64,000 nucleotides of DNA from positions 227,811,352 to 227,875,351 of the forward strand of contig NC_058135.1 of NCBI RefSeq assembly GCF_016433145.1. Direction: 5' to 3'. The position numbers and the translations under genes were made by a program. A model generated the notes under the pieces. It did no database searches, had not been told where the DNA came from, and saw only the letters and a list, made by a program, of their open reading frames with translations. Of this stretch, positions 25,831-37,934 are shown in pieces (positions within the stretch are counted from its first letter, which is position 1; each line of letters begins with the position of its first letter). The DNA is from Gracilinanus agilis (Eukaryota).

Positions 25831-26003
25831 GGGACAACTAGGTAGTACAGTGAACAGAGCGCTAGGCCTAGAGTTGGGAGGATCTGGGTTCAAATCTGTC
25901 TTCAGACACTTCCTAGCTGTATATCCCTGGACAAGTCACTTAACCCCCAATTGCTTAGCCCTTATAGTATTGATTCTAAGACAGCAGGTAAGGGTTTTAA
26001 AAA
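25831..26003 (+). mobile_element. Older SINE1-type SINE, head-to-head with the previous copy
   Basis: gggacaactaggtag head, ggttcaaatct, aagggttttaaaa tail. Confidence 0.8.
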
Positions 26004-26480
26004 CAATACATTAAGACTGATATTGTACAGGCAAGGTAGGAAATTTCAAATATTCCCATTTTAAAACTCTTTGCAGTTGAGAAATGGATAAAGAAATCAT
26101 GGTACATGAAAGTACTGGAATAACTCCACATCCTAAAAAAAAGTTACAAATGATTCAGAGAAACATGAAAGGATTTTATGATTGATACATAGTGAAGTAA
26201 GAAAAATCAGAACTACACTAATGTTGATGGAAAGAATAATAATGAACAAGCATGGTCCCAGAGGAGAAGTACACAATTCTTCCTTTACTATAGAATTTGA
26301 GGACTATGGGTATGAAATATTGCAGATACTGTCAGATGTAATCAACAAATAGAGTGGTTTTGCTAAACTTTTATTTTTCCCTTTCAAGATAGGCTTATTG
26401 GGAAGGGAGAGGTTCATTCAAATATATCCATTCAGAAATGGATATATTTTTTAAAAAGGCATGGAAAAAAATCTCTAAGG

Positions 26481-26768
26481 CAGTGATAGTGAACCTATGG
26501 CACACAGCTCCCCTGCCCACTTGACCCCTTTCATTACCAGAAAGGCAGAGAGATTCAGGCAGAGCTGCTCTCCTCCCTTCTCCCTCATGCCTGATAACAT
26601 TTTTTCATTACGCCCTCTGCCCAGCAGCCCAAAGGGAGCACTTCCTCCCACCCCTGTGTGGGGTAAGTGGGGGTGGGGGAAAGACAGGGCATGCCCAACA
26701 CTTGAAGGGGAGAAGCACAGGGGTAGGGGGAGTGCATGACACTGTCTCTAAAAGGTTCCCTATCATTG
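26481..26768. mobile_element. Non-autonomous hAT-Charlie MITE (OC1-like), 288 bp
   Basis: Degenerate TIRs CAGTGATAGTGAACCT / AGGTTCCCTATCATTG and perfect 8-bp TSD CTCTAAGG (26473-80 and 26769-76). Confidence 0.85.
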
Positions 26769-28113
26769 CTCTAAGGGCTACCTAATTCCTTCACTGATCA
26801 GTCTGTAAGCATCAATCTTCAAAGAAACCTCCAAGTCAGACCAGTGGTCTATTCTACAAAGAAGCAAAAGTAGAGTGTGGATAGAGGGAAAGAGAGAGGA
26901 ACTATTTCTTTTCACACTTCTCTCTCTTCTGGACAGAATACAGGAATTCCCTAAGAGTTGTTATATCCCAGTTCTAGATAAAAGACAAGCCAAAAGGATG
27001 ACTCCCCTCCTCCCCCTATGGGCCTTTTTTTCTCTTTTCTTTTGTCCTTTTATTTTTCTCACAAGCAAGTTCTAAGAAATAGTACTGAAAGGGCAGCTAA
27101 ATGGCTCAGTGGATTGAAAGCCAGGCCAAGAGACAAGAGGTCTTTGATTCTAAGACAGAAGGCAAGGGTTTAAAAAAAAGAAGAAATTGCACTGAATTAA
27201 GCTTAGTAAATATTTTTGGCAGAAATGGTGTTTGCATAGGGAATCATCGGATTTACCTGTGGCTTGGAAGGAGGAAGAAAAGAATCCACCAACTCAGCAA
27301 TTGATTTTAGGAAAATGCTTCTTTCATACTGACTCAGCTGAAGTCTGGTCAAAAAGTACAATGGACTGATCCATTCAATTCATTCCAATTTAATAAACAT
27401 TTTTAAAGTCCCAACTTTGCTATGCTAGATACTGGTTATGCAAAAGTAAAATGAAAAACAGTCCAGTCTTCAAAGAACTTACATTGTTGGGAGAATTGAA
27501 CATCTACATATACAGTGCAAGTGGAGTACAAGATAACTTGAGAAAGAAGAGAGCATTAACAAGTAGGGAAACAACATCTTTAAGAGGTGACCCCTGAGTG
27601 GAGTCCAAAGCTATGGATTCTAAGAGGAGGGAGCCCATTCCATACATGTGAGACAGCATGTGCAAAGGGAAAGAGGTGGGAGATAGATGCCAAATCTGAG
27701 AAATAGCAAGTCAATTAGCTTGGCTGGAGCTACAGAGGGAGGATCTGGAAGGAAGGGATGTGAAATGAGTCTGAAAGCAGATTATGAAGGGTAGAGAAGT
27801 GGCAACAGGGAATCGCCAAGATTCTCTAATAGGACAGTGAAAGGTCAGACGTGCTTTAGGAAGATGATTTGTGTAGCTCTGTGAAGTGTGAATTGCAGAG
27901 AGACTAGGAGGGGGCCAATGAGGAGGCATTACTAAGCTAAGGTAGCATCAGTGTGAATTCTGCACAGGAGGTAGATGGAGAGGCTTCTGCATTTTAGAAA
28001 TACATTCAGAAAACAAAGCCAGAAACTCATATAATAATAGGGGGATAACAGATAAAAAGACTCAGCTGCAGAGCAGGCACACTTAGGACAGTGATAAGGC
28101 AAATAGCAATTGC

Positions 28114-28185
28114 CTCTTTTGTGTCATTTCTAGGGATAAAACCACATGTGTTTCCAATGTTGAACCATCTTACAGTGCCTAAGAC
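28114..28185 (-). pseudogene. Y-box protein (YBX1/2/3 family) cold-shock-domain fragment, probably mRNA-derived
   Basis: VLGTVRWFNIGNTCGFIPRNDTKE vs Y-box CSD [24 protein letters not shown], 18/24 identical. Homology stops after TKE. Paralog not assignable by eye. Confidence 0.8.
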
Positions 28186-28320
28186 TAGTGGGAAACCCAC
28201 CACCACCACCACCAGGAGTCTTCAGCAGCTGATAAGGAGGAAGTGTTAATTGTTAGGTCAGGTCCCCAAGGGATGACTGGGAGAGTTAAACTGGAAATCC
28301 AGATGCTGGTGGAGGAGTAG

Positions 28321-28462
28321 GAAGGCCAGCTCCCCAACAGTGTAGAAGGATGTTCTAAGCTGCCTCCTCTTCATGCTGCACAGCCCAAAGCAACAACTAT
28401 TTGTCACCTGAATGGCCAACTTTGACACACCTGCCTTTGGACCTGAACACAGACCACTTCTG
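28321..28462 (-). pseudogene. Decayed partial copy of the FASTKD5 RAP-domain coding sequence
   Basis: Aligns by eye to 47680-47856. Core 28398-28445 vs 47781-47828 matches at 44/48 nt. Translation GPKAGVSKLAIQVTNSCCFGLCSMKRRQLRTSFYTVGELAF vs parent GPQAGVSKLAIQVTNRNQYCFGTRHLLGLHNMKRRQLKRMGYTVVELAF, with internal deletions. Confidence 0.9.
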
Positions 28463-29679
28463 GACCCCCTATCCTGGGCATTTGCTCTACTGAAACAAAA
28501 AATTCTTCCCAATTTGGATCCAATTTCCCTCTCCATCTTTTTTCCCCTTCACTGTAATACACACCATTCCATTCAGGCATCCCTTGAACACATCATACTC
28601 AGTCTCACATCTGAAATTTTGCTCATGTCAAATCTGGAATGTTCTACCTACTGCTTCTCATCCCCTATCTCAGACCTATTTACCCCTCAAGGGCCAGCTC
28701 ATACACCACCTTAATTAACTGAATGCATATTTGTGCCCACTATCCTATTCCACACACTGTTAGGCCCTAGAAATGGAAAGACAAAAATGTAAAAATGTCT
28801 GTTGTCAAAGAGTTAATATTCTATGGTGGGGAGACATACATGTGGAAGCATGCAAAATAAATACAAGGAATTGTTGGAGGTATGGGGGAACAGGGTGGGA
28901 GGACGTTGCTCCTCTAGAACCAAGATGTATAAACTTCTGAGGCCTGAAAGATATCTGGGTAGTTCTGATCTATGATTGTTGAAAGGAAGCAAATCATAAA
29001 TCTTTCCCCTTTATTTCTCAGCTCCCTGAACTCCTTGCATCTCTGTAGAATTAATAACCAAACAGGGCATTAAAAGTGTACAAACACACTTCTTTTTGAC
29101 ACAACATCTTTTCCTCTCTACAGAGGCCCTAAGTTCTAAAATCTAGCTTCAAGTCTGCCAGCAATTCAAAGAAAAGGAATGTAGATAGCAAACTTGGCTC
29201 AAGCATGTTAAGTAAGAAGAAAGAAAAAAATATTCCCTTTCAAATAAGAGAAAAGCATTTAACCTCCAAGGAGGGGTGGGGGGTGAGCAATGGAAGCGTT
29301 AGCACATCATTTAGGTAAGTCAGCACTTTAGCTTTGAAAGAGCACAACTATTCTGGGCCCTTCCAAATGGTATTACTTATCCATCTTGGGAGAAAACTGG
29401 CCTTTTGTGAGCATTTTCATGGCAGCAAGTATAAGCAGAACTTATTCTAATTACCCAGTGGCTCCACCACAGAAAAGAGGGATCCTTAGGGGGATTGGCT
29501 GTCTTGGTTCCTAGGACTGAAATCAATGAAAACCCATTCCAAGGAAAAGTCCTTAGATGAAAAAGGACCTGTTTGCCTCAAACTTTTGGCTTTTGTCCTT
29601 CAAACCAATGACTAGTCTTTTACTTAATGACTTCCTGGAGTGATGAGGGATGAATAACTTAATTAGTGATTAGCTACAT

Positions 29680-29960
29680 CAAATCTAAAGGCAAACTAAT
29701 CAGAAACAAAAGGATTCTTCTCATTATCATTACAGAGACTTGGTGGAATGGAACAGGTGACTGGAATATGACCCTGGGAAAATATGCTTCATCCAAAATT
29801 AAAAGAAAGAATGGTGTTGTGTGGAGGGGAAACTTCAATTATCTAGTTACTGGGGATCATTCTTTGCCAAAAGCAGAAAAACTGAACAATTCCTGAGTAG
29901 TCCATTTCCTAATTTTTCCTTTAAAAGATGAAAAAAGCAACAAGGAAAACTAGCTATTAA
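29680..29960 (+). mobile_element. CR1/L3 LINE endonuclease fossil
   Basis: IIITETWWNGTGDWN and VVWRGNFNY resemble the CR1 ORF2 APE motifs GITETWW..HDWN and VVMGDFNY. Confidence 0.65.
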
Positions 29961-29999
29961 AGTAGAATCTGACATAGACCAAATTCTGAGAAGATATTT

Positions 30000-32760
30000 C
30001 AAAGCATGCAGAGAAAGAATAGTTAGGATTGAAACACTAGTAATGGGATAAATGCAAATTAAACCAAGCCTAAGAGGCTAATCTAGGCCATGTAAAAACA
30101 AAATACATGAATAAAAATCAATAAAAGAAAAGTTATTAGGTAATCTGACGTTAGGAAAAAAGGAATTCAGATCTAGCATCAGACACTTCTAGCTACTTGA
30201 CCTTGAGCAAGTCACTTAATCCCAATTGCCTAGTCCTTGCCACTCTTATGCTTTGGAACAGATAATTAGTATGGACCTTAAGACAGAGAGTAAGGATTTC
30301 TAAAAAAAGAAAAAGAAAAACCAAATTATCAGTATCAAACTAAAAATGGAGAAATCACAAATAAATAAAAAGAAAGGAAAATTATCAAACACTATTTTAC
30401 CCAATTATTTGCTCCACAAATTACGATGTAATCAAATGGATAACTATCTATCAAAATATAAAAACTTAGATTAGCAGAATAAGGAAGAACTTAAATGACC
30501 AAATTACAGAAAAAGCAAATGAATAAGCCAAAATTGAACTTGCAATGAAGAAAAAAATCTACCTCGGATCAAATAGATTTACATGTGAATTTTATCAAAT
30601 ACTCAAAGAATAACGAAGTCCAACATTATATAAATTATTCATAAAAATTAGGAAAAATAATCCCACCAAATTCCTTCTAGATATAAATATTTTCTGGGTA
30701 CTGAAATCAAGGAAAGGCAATACCAAGAAAGAAACCTATATATCAATAACCATAATTTAGAGAGGTTTTTAACTTTTTTGTGCCATGGACACTTTTGACA
30801 GTTTGGTAAAACCTATAAACTCCTTATTAAAATAAGTGTGGCCTATAGTTATAATTAAAGGAAATGCCAATTTTCAGTTAGGAGTGTGAAAATAAAAATG
30901 ATACACATTTTTTCCCATCTAAATGCTTTGATTCCAGGATAAATGAATATCAATACCAAAAAAAAAATATTTCTAAATCTTTACCTTCTGTCTTAAAATC
31001 AATACTGTGTATTGGTTCTAAGGCAGCAAAGCATCTGCAGCAGACATCCTAGCAAACACAGCCAGGAAGTATCTAAGGCCACATTTGAACCCAGGACCTC
31101 TTGTCTCTGGGCCTGGCTCTCAATCCATTGAGCCACCCAGCTGACCTCCAATGCAAAAATGTTTAATAAAATAATTAGCAAAAAAGCTACAGCAGGGGCA
31201 GTTGGGTGGCTCAAGAGATAAAGAACCAGGTCAGGAGTTGGGAGGATCTCGGGCAGACAATTCCTAGCTATGTGACCCCCCATGGGCAAGTCATTTAACC
31301 CCAATTGGCTCTTGCAACTCTTCTACCTTGAAACAGATACTCAGTATTGATTCTAAGACAGAATCTGATAAGAGTTTAAAAAAAGCTATAGCAAAATACC
31401 AAAACAACTGCACATTATGAACAAGTAGACTTTATAACAGGAACACAAGCCTGACTAGGTATTAGAAAACTAAAAACATGATAAACCAAATTAATAACAA
31501 CAATCAAAATCATGATTATATGGAGATGCAGAAAATGCTTCTGACAAAATATAACAATATTAGGCATTGGCTAAAAAAATATAAAAATTGGAATGGATTA
31601 GAAACACAACATACTAAAGCAAATAACATAATAATGTGGTGTTTGATAAACCCAAAGAACACAAATATTAGGTTAAGGACTCTACATGCAACAAAAACTG
31701 CTGGGAAAACTAGAATGCAATCTGGTAGGAATTAAGCAACACTAAGATTTCAAACTACTTATCTCAATAAGCTTCAAATGGATATACAACCTATATATAA
31801 AAGGTCATAACATAGACAAATTAGAAAAGGAAGAAAATATATTTTGCAACTATGGGTAGAGAAAGATTTTTTCCCAAACAAGAAATGGGGGGGGGGGTGT
31901 CACAGAACATAAAATAGACAATTTAGATTACTTAAAACATAAAATGTTTCATACAAACAAAATAAACATAGTTAAAATTAAAAGTGAAACAGTTAATTGT
32001 GAAAACCTTCAGAGCAAGTTTCTTTGGTAAAAGTGAAATATCCAAAATAAGAAAAAGAACTGATTCAAACATAAGAATGGCAACCATTACTCCAATAGAT
32101 AAATGGTCAAAGAATATAGGCAAGTAGTTGTCAAAGGAAGTAATGAAATGAACAGAGAAATGAAAGTGACAATAACTCTGAAATTTTACCTCAAAGCTAT
32201 TAGAATGTCAAAGATGACAAAAATGAAAAATGCCTGTCGATGGAGAGGCTTGAAGAGGTCAGGAGAACTGTTGGTAGAGTTGTGAATTGGTCCAACTATC
32301 TTAAAAAGCAATTTGGAGGGGCAGCTGGGTAGCTCAGTGGATTGAGAGCCAAGCCTAGAGACGGGAGGTCCTAGGTTCAAATCCGGCCTCAGACACTTCC
32401 CAGCTGTGTGACCCTGGGCAAGTCACTTGACCCCCATTGCCTACCCTTACCACTCTTCCACCTATAAGTCAATACACAGAAGTTAAGGGTTTAAAATAAA
32501 ATTAAAAAAAAAAAAAAAGCAATTTGGAACTATGTCCCCCAAAATCACCAATCTATGCATATCCTCTGATCCACTGAAATCACCCAAAATGATCAAAGAA
32601 AGAAAAAGATTCAAAAGTATCAAACTATTAGTAGCAGTCCCTTTAGTTCTTGCAAAGAACTAGAAACAAAAGAGGTACCCACCAAATGGGGAATGGCTGG
32701 ACAAATTATGGGATAGAAAATTAATGGAGTATTAATTTGCCATGAGAAATGATGGAACTG
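30000..32760 (+). mobile_element. Old fragmented L1 ORF2/3' region with nested SINEs (30150-30320 +, 30985-31150 -, 31195-31385 +, 32318-32513 +) and a hAT fragment
   Basis: A-rich decayed ORF2 blocks (gatgcagaaaatgcttctgacaaaat, ACRWRGLKRSG, ggggaatggctggacaaattatgg). The SINE at 32318 has TSD AAAAAGCAATTTGGA. Confidence 0.75.
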
Positions 32761-33101
32761 GGGTTGTTAGGTGGCTCAATGGATTAAGAGCCAGAGCTAG
32801 AGATAGGAGGTTCTGGGTTCAAATTTGACCTCAAACACTTTCTACTTGTGTAATCCTGGGCAAATCCATTTTAAAAAATTATTTGTTACAAAGATTATGA
32901 TTTTCTTCCTTTTTAAAAAAATTGTATTGATGGCTCTCCATTGCCAATAAGATAAGGTCCAGACTGCTTAGTTTATCATTTAAGGCCCTTAACAATTTGG
33001 CTTCTATATTACCTTTCTAGTCTTATTTTCCTTCCTCTCCATTTCAGAAAAAGTGGGCTCCTGGTTCTCTCAAAACATCCTCTCCCTCCCACCTGAAATG
33101 A

Positions 33102-33106
<5 letters not shown>

Positions 33107-33135
<29 letters not shown>
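33107..33135. repeat. (CT)n microsatellite
   Basis: Perfect TC run of about 14 units. Confidence 0.95.
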
Positions 33136-33140
<5 letters not shown>

Positions 33141-33519
33141 CAGTCTTCCTTCAAGATTCAGGTGCTATGTGCTCTTGAAAACATTCTCTGAGAGCTGAGT
33201 TGGGGCTCTTTTAATCTTTCTTGTACTATCCCTGTGCACCTATTATTTCACTCCAGCAGAAAACAAGCTTCTTGAGTACAGGAATTTAATTTTTGCTTTC
33301 TTAATCAATATATATTGAAGTAAATTTACCCTGAAGGTAGCTAGAGCAAATACTAGTTATACTGCTGTATAGAGGAAAAGATCGAAATTCAGTTTCAGAG
33401 ATTTGTCCATGGTCTTTCAGTTCATATCAACAACCAGGACATGAATCCAGATCTCCAAACTTGAATTAAGTACTTTTTCCACTATTTCATGCTGCTTATA
33501 ACAAGGTGACTTATTTTTA

Positions 33520-33520
<1 letters not shown>

Positions 33521-33558
<38 letters not shown>
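33521..33558. repeat. Pure poly(A) tract, 38 nt
   Basis: Uninterrupted A run with no obvious retroelement body next to it. Confidence 0.95.
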
Positions 33559-33560
<2 letters not shown>

Positions 33561-36344
33561 TTTGGAGAAATATATATTAGTATATTAAGAAGATCTTTCT
33601 TTATTATAATAAATGCTGTATTTGGGGAATTCGACCATGATGTTTTAGGGCAGGATTTGAAGTCTATATTTTAAAGTACTATAGTATGGAGCACAGTTGA
33701 AAACAGTGTTTGAGATGTAGATAAATACTTCAATCAATGAATGAATGCTAGAGATATGTCTGTATCTAGAAATGACTTCTCAAAACTCTACTGCCCTTCT
33801 GCACCATCTCTGCATCTTCCCTGTGAAGTAACTCAAGGAGGAAAAAGATGAGATCGAAAATGAATGTTAGAACCTATCAAATCCAACATGTATCTTCACA
33901 TCTACTTTCTTACACACTTAAGTGGTCTACCAGCCCCTAAAACAATACATTCCATTTCTGAAGAGCTTTTAATTGTCCAGAAGTTTTTTACATAAAATCT
34001 AAATCTGGTTTTCCATAACTTTACCCATTTTTCCTGTCCCAGAAGACAAACATAGTAAAGTCTAATTAATTCCTCTCTCCCCTAACAGCTCTTCATATAT
34101 TTGAAGCACAATATCATTTGACTACTAAATCTTTCCTTTAGGATAAACTTCTTCAGCTCCTTTAACCAGTCCTTTATGGCACACTCTCCAGTTCTGACAT
34201 TCTTGTGAAGCTTCATTTTGTCTGTTCCTTTCTTAAAAACTGAACATAAGTTCTCCAGATACAGCCTTGCTGGAACACAGTGGATAAAATGATGGTCTTA
34301 GAGTCAAGAAAACTTAAGTCTCAACACTAAATCTGGGAGACCCTGTTAAGTAACTTTAAGCTCTTTTTGCTTTAACTTCCTCATCTGTAAAATAAGGGAG
34401 ATTATAGATCACAGTACTGAGAATAAGGTCTGATTTGCATCTTAAGAAAATTATTTTGGCTGCTGGAAAGACTGTCAGTACAATTAGGTGGCTATTTCAA
34501 AATGGAGGGTAAAGAAGAAAGAATGATGAAAAGATATTATGGAAGTCATGAAAGACTTTGAATTGATATGGGATGTGAAATGGAAAAGTCTTGGTCAAAA
34601 TTCAAAAGCCTGAGTGACTGGGAAACTCTCAATTTCTATTGAAACAGGTCATTTTGGAGGCAGGGGTAGAGAATGAGTAAAGAGCTTGAAAAACCTTCAA
34701 ATGTTAATGATGACATTAATAGAAGCAACTACATAGGTGACTTTGGGAAAATCAAATTCCCTCTGCATTAATGTGAAATAAGGTGGATTAAGACCTTTCC
34801 TAGATCTAAAGTTCTAAGATTCCTTGGGCTTAATAATTACTGGGCTTTTCTCATTTTTATGAATTGTAGTGGTTCCAGTGCTACCTTGAGAAGGGTGGCT
34901 AAATCTGAGACTAGAATAGATCATGAGGACAATGCTGATGCCAGAAGGCAGAGAAACCCCCAGGCAAGAAAGGTGCCCACCCCACCCCCACCTTCTCTTC
35001 TGTTCTCTAGCTCCTTCTTCTTGTTAATACAAGCAGTCGTGCTATTTTAGCAGCAGGGGTAGACAGAGTGAATACATAGATAAACCCAGAATTTTCGTTT
35101 ATACAGTATTGGAGAACCAACAGTAGGAAGAGATAGGTAGGTGTCCACTATTCCAGAAGCCTCCCACTAACTCGCACCACTCTTTCTTCACCTGAATGCG
35201 CGTACAAATCAGATGCCTCAAATTCTTCCCTTGGAATTAGAAATAGGCCTTAACAAGTGATTCATTTACTGTTCAAGCACAGGAGAGCCACCAAGGGGCT
35301 GTTTACAAATCACCTAAGTTTAACAAGAGTAATACCTAATGCTTGGAGATGCTAATTTTCTTTTGCTTTGTTTTTAGATTAACAAGCATTTATTTTCTCT
35401 CCTTTCAACCTCTCCCTTCCACATCATTCCTATATTAGTAGCAAACTTCTACCAGCTATATCCTACTGAATTCAGTCTTCAAGGCTCTGCCAGCGCACAC
35501 TGTTATGGCCACATTCTTTGGGACTATAAAATCCTGAATGGCTAGCTGCTCTCTGATGGATAGAGCCAAAAGGCTCTAATGCATTTATCTCCCAATTCTA
35601 CAACCTAAGTATCTTCCAAAAGGGATCAAAAGGGTTCACAGAAAGGGGCAACCAGGTGGTTCACTGGACAGAGTCAGGCCTGGAAAGGGGAGGTCCTGGG
35701 TCAAAGCTGACATCAGATACTTTCTAGCTGTGTGATGGACAAGTCATTTAATCTCCATTGCCTTGCCTTTATCACCCTTCTGCCTTGGAACCAATACACA
35801 GTATTCATTATAAGACAGAAAGTAAAAGTTAAAAAGAAAAGAGTTACAGGAACAATGAGTCTCTCTTCAAAAGATAAAGCCTAATGTTGGATCAGTGAGG
35901 GCACTGATTTCACTATGATTATTATTTGCCTCTGTATTTACCCATTCTATAATTTACACATAAACTTACTATTTCCTTTCTTTGCTATACCACAATGATT
36001 TGGGGAATAAAAACAAATACTATTTTGTATCAATAAAATCCCTTCCACACCCCTAACATCTCTGTAACCATCTATCCAGGTAGCCCTAGTGCCTGGATCA
36101 CAGAGAGCTCAAAGGCTGGCATAGCTCATCTCTCCCATTTCTCAGAAATTTTGATTGAGGCAGCAAATAAGGCCTTATTAGTGAGGTGGCTCAAGCCACG
36201 AGGGCAGACCATGTCTGGAGGGGCAGACTGAGTAGATCTGCCTCTCTTGTGTTTTCTGGGACAAGAAAAGAAATAGAGGGGCCAAACTTGGCCCAGAAAG
36301 TACCTGCTCAAATCAGGGGAAGGAGCACAGAATAATGTTCTTTT

Positions 36345-36543
36345 TTTTTTTTTTTTTTTACATTTTTAAACCCTTAACTTCTGTGTATTGGCTCCTAGGT
36401 GGAACAGTGGTAAGGGTGGGCAATGGGGGTCAAGTGACTTGCTCAGGGTCACACAGCTGGGAAGTGTCTGAGGTCAAATTTGAACCTAGGACCTCCTGTC
36501 TCTAGGCCTGGCTCTCAATCCACTGAGCTACCCAGCTGCCCCC
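36345..36543 (-). mobile_element. Young SINE1_Mdo-type SINE
   Basis: Long poly(T), TSD AATGTTCTTTT at 36334-44 and 36544-54. Confidence 0.9.
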
Positions 36544-37269
36544 AATGTTCTTTTAATTAACATTTTTTTCTACAACTTGGAAAAAACACAGAGAGCCTGA
36601 TGATCAAATGTATAGATGACACAAAACTGAAATAGTTAACAGATTGAAACTTCTGGACATGATTAACGGGAACATTTGTTTTCTGTGACTACACGTGTCT
36701 ATAATGGGTTTTGATTTTCTTTCTTTCTCAATGGAGACAGAGGGAAGAGGTGAAAGGAAAAGAAGGTGGATTTCCATTGGAAAAAAATTTTAATTAAAAA
36801 TATTTTAAGTAAAGACAACTAATACAATTAACCTTGTCTTTAAATCTGCACAATATTCTGCCTTCATTTTTTCCAGTCTTTGCCAGGAAAAAGGAAGTGT
36901 GTTTCATTATCCATTTCCAAAGCAATTCTTTCAATTAATTCCTGTTTGCTATGATTTTGAGAAATCTTTTCACCATTCTGACCAATTATACTCCAGCTTT
37001 TCAGTGGTGTTGAGAACAATACATGATGCTTTGACGTAAACAAATCACTCCAGCTGTGGCATAAGCAGGGAGGAATGCAGCAAGGGTATCATCTCCTCCC
37101 TCATTCTAGAACAGAAACATGATAGCTCTTAGAAAGGTTCAAATGTCACCTTTTCTGTGATGCCCTCTGTGCCCCAGCTCTCAGACTCACATAACATCTT
37201 CTTTGGGGCCTCTTATGCTCTGTTTTAGTTTATATACCAGTTATCTGTCTGCAGGTCACATTTTCCCTA

Positions 37270-37934
37270 TGTTGTGATTGGACACGCAAACTAGGAGGGA
37301 GGCACAGGAAGTGACGCATATAAGTGACCCCTTTAAAAAGAGAGTTGAGTGAGTCAGGAGGTCTTTTGGAGAAGAAGGTCTTCTGCTAGAAACTAGGAAG
37401 GAGGCACAGGAAGTGACGCATATAAATGACCCCTTTAAAAAGAGAGAGTTGAGAGAGTCAGGAGGTCTTCTGGAGAAGAAGGATTCTGGAGAAGGAGGTC
37501 TTCGACTAGAGAAGGAGCTCTTCTGGTTCGTGGAGGAGAGCTGGCTGGGACTCTGAAACCTTGGCAAGACTGTTCTTAAAATCTTCCTTTGGAATTCCAC
37601 GTGGTGAGTTTAAAGACTGAATCTTCCTGAACTTCTCTTAAAGAAATTCCCTTTAATAGAGACTCTGTGACCGAAGCTTTTGCTTCATTCACCTCTGGGC
37701 CTCTGGCCCTCTGACTCTCAGCTTGGTTTAATTAGATCTCCCTGGATTAACTAGGGGATTGTAGCAATTTAACTACTGTGTTAGATTCTTATTTCCTTAT
37801 TTCTTCTACCTCTTCTGAATTGTAAATAAATTTACATAAAAGTCAATTTTGACTTGAGGTTATTCCTTAATTAGGGAATTTGGCGACCAAATCTTTAATA
37901 TATTTGACCCCAAACCCCTTTTTTCCCCATTACA
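37270..37934 (+). mobile_element. Solo LTR (ERV1-like), family B, with an internal tandem duplication of about 102 bp
   Basis: TG...CA termini, perfect TSD CCTA (37266-69 and 37935-38), AATAAA at 37825-30, duplicated unit starting at 37288 and 37390. Confidence 0.88.
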
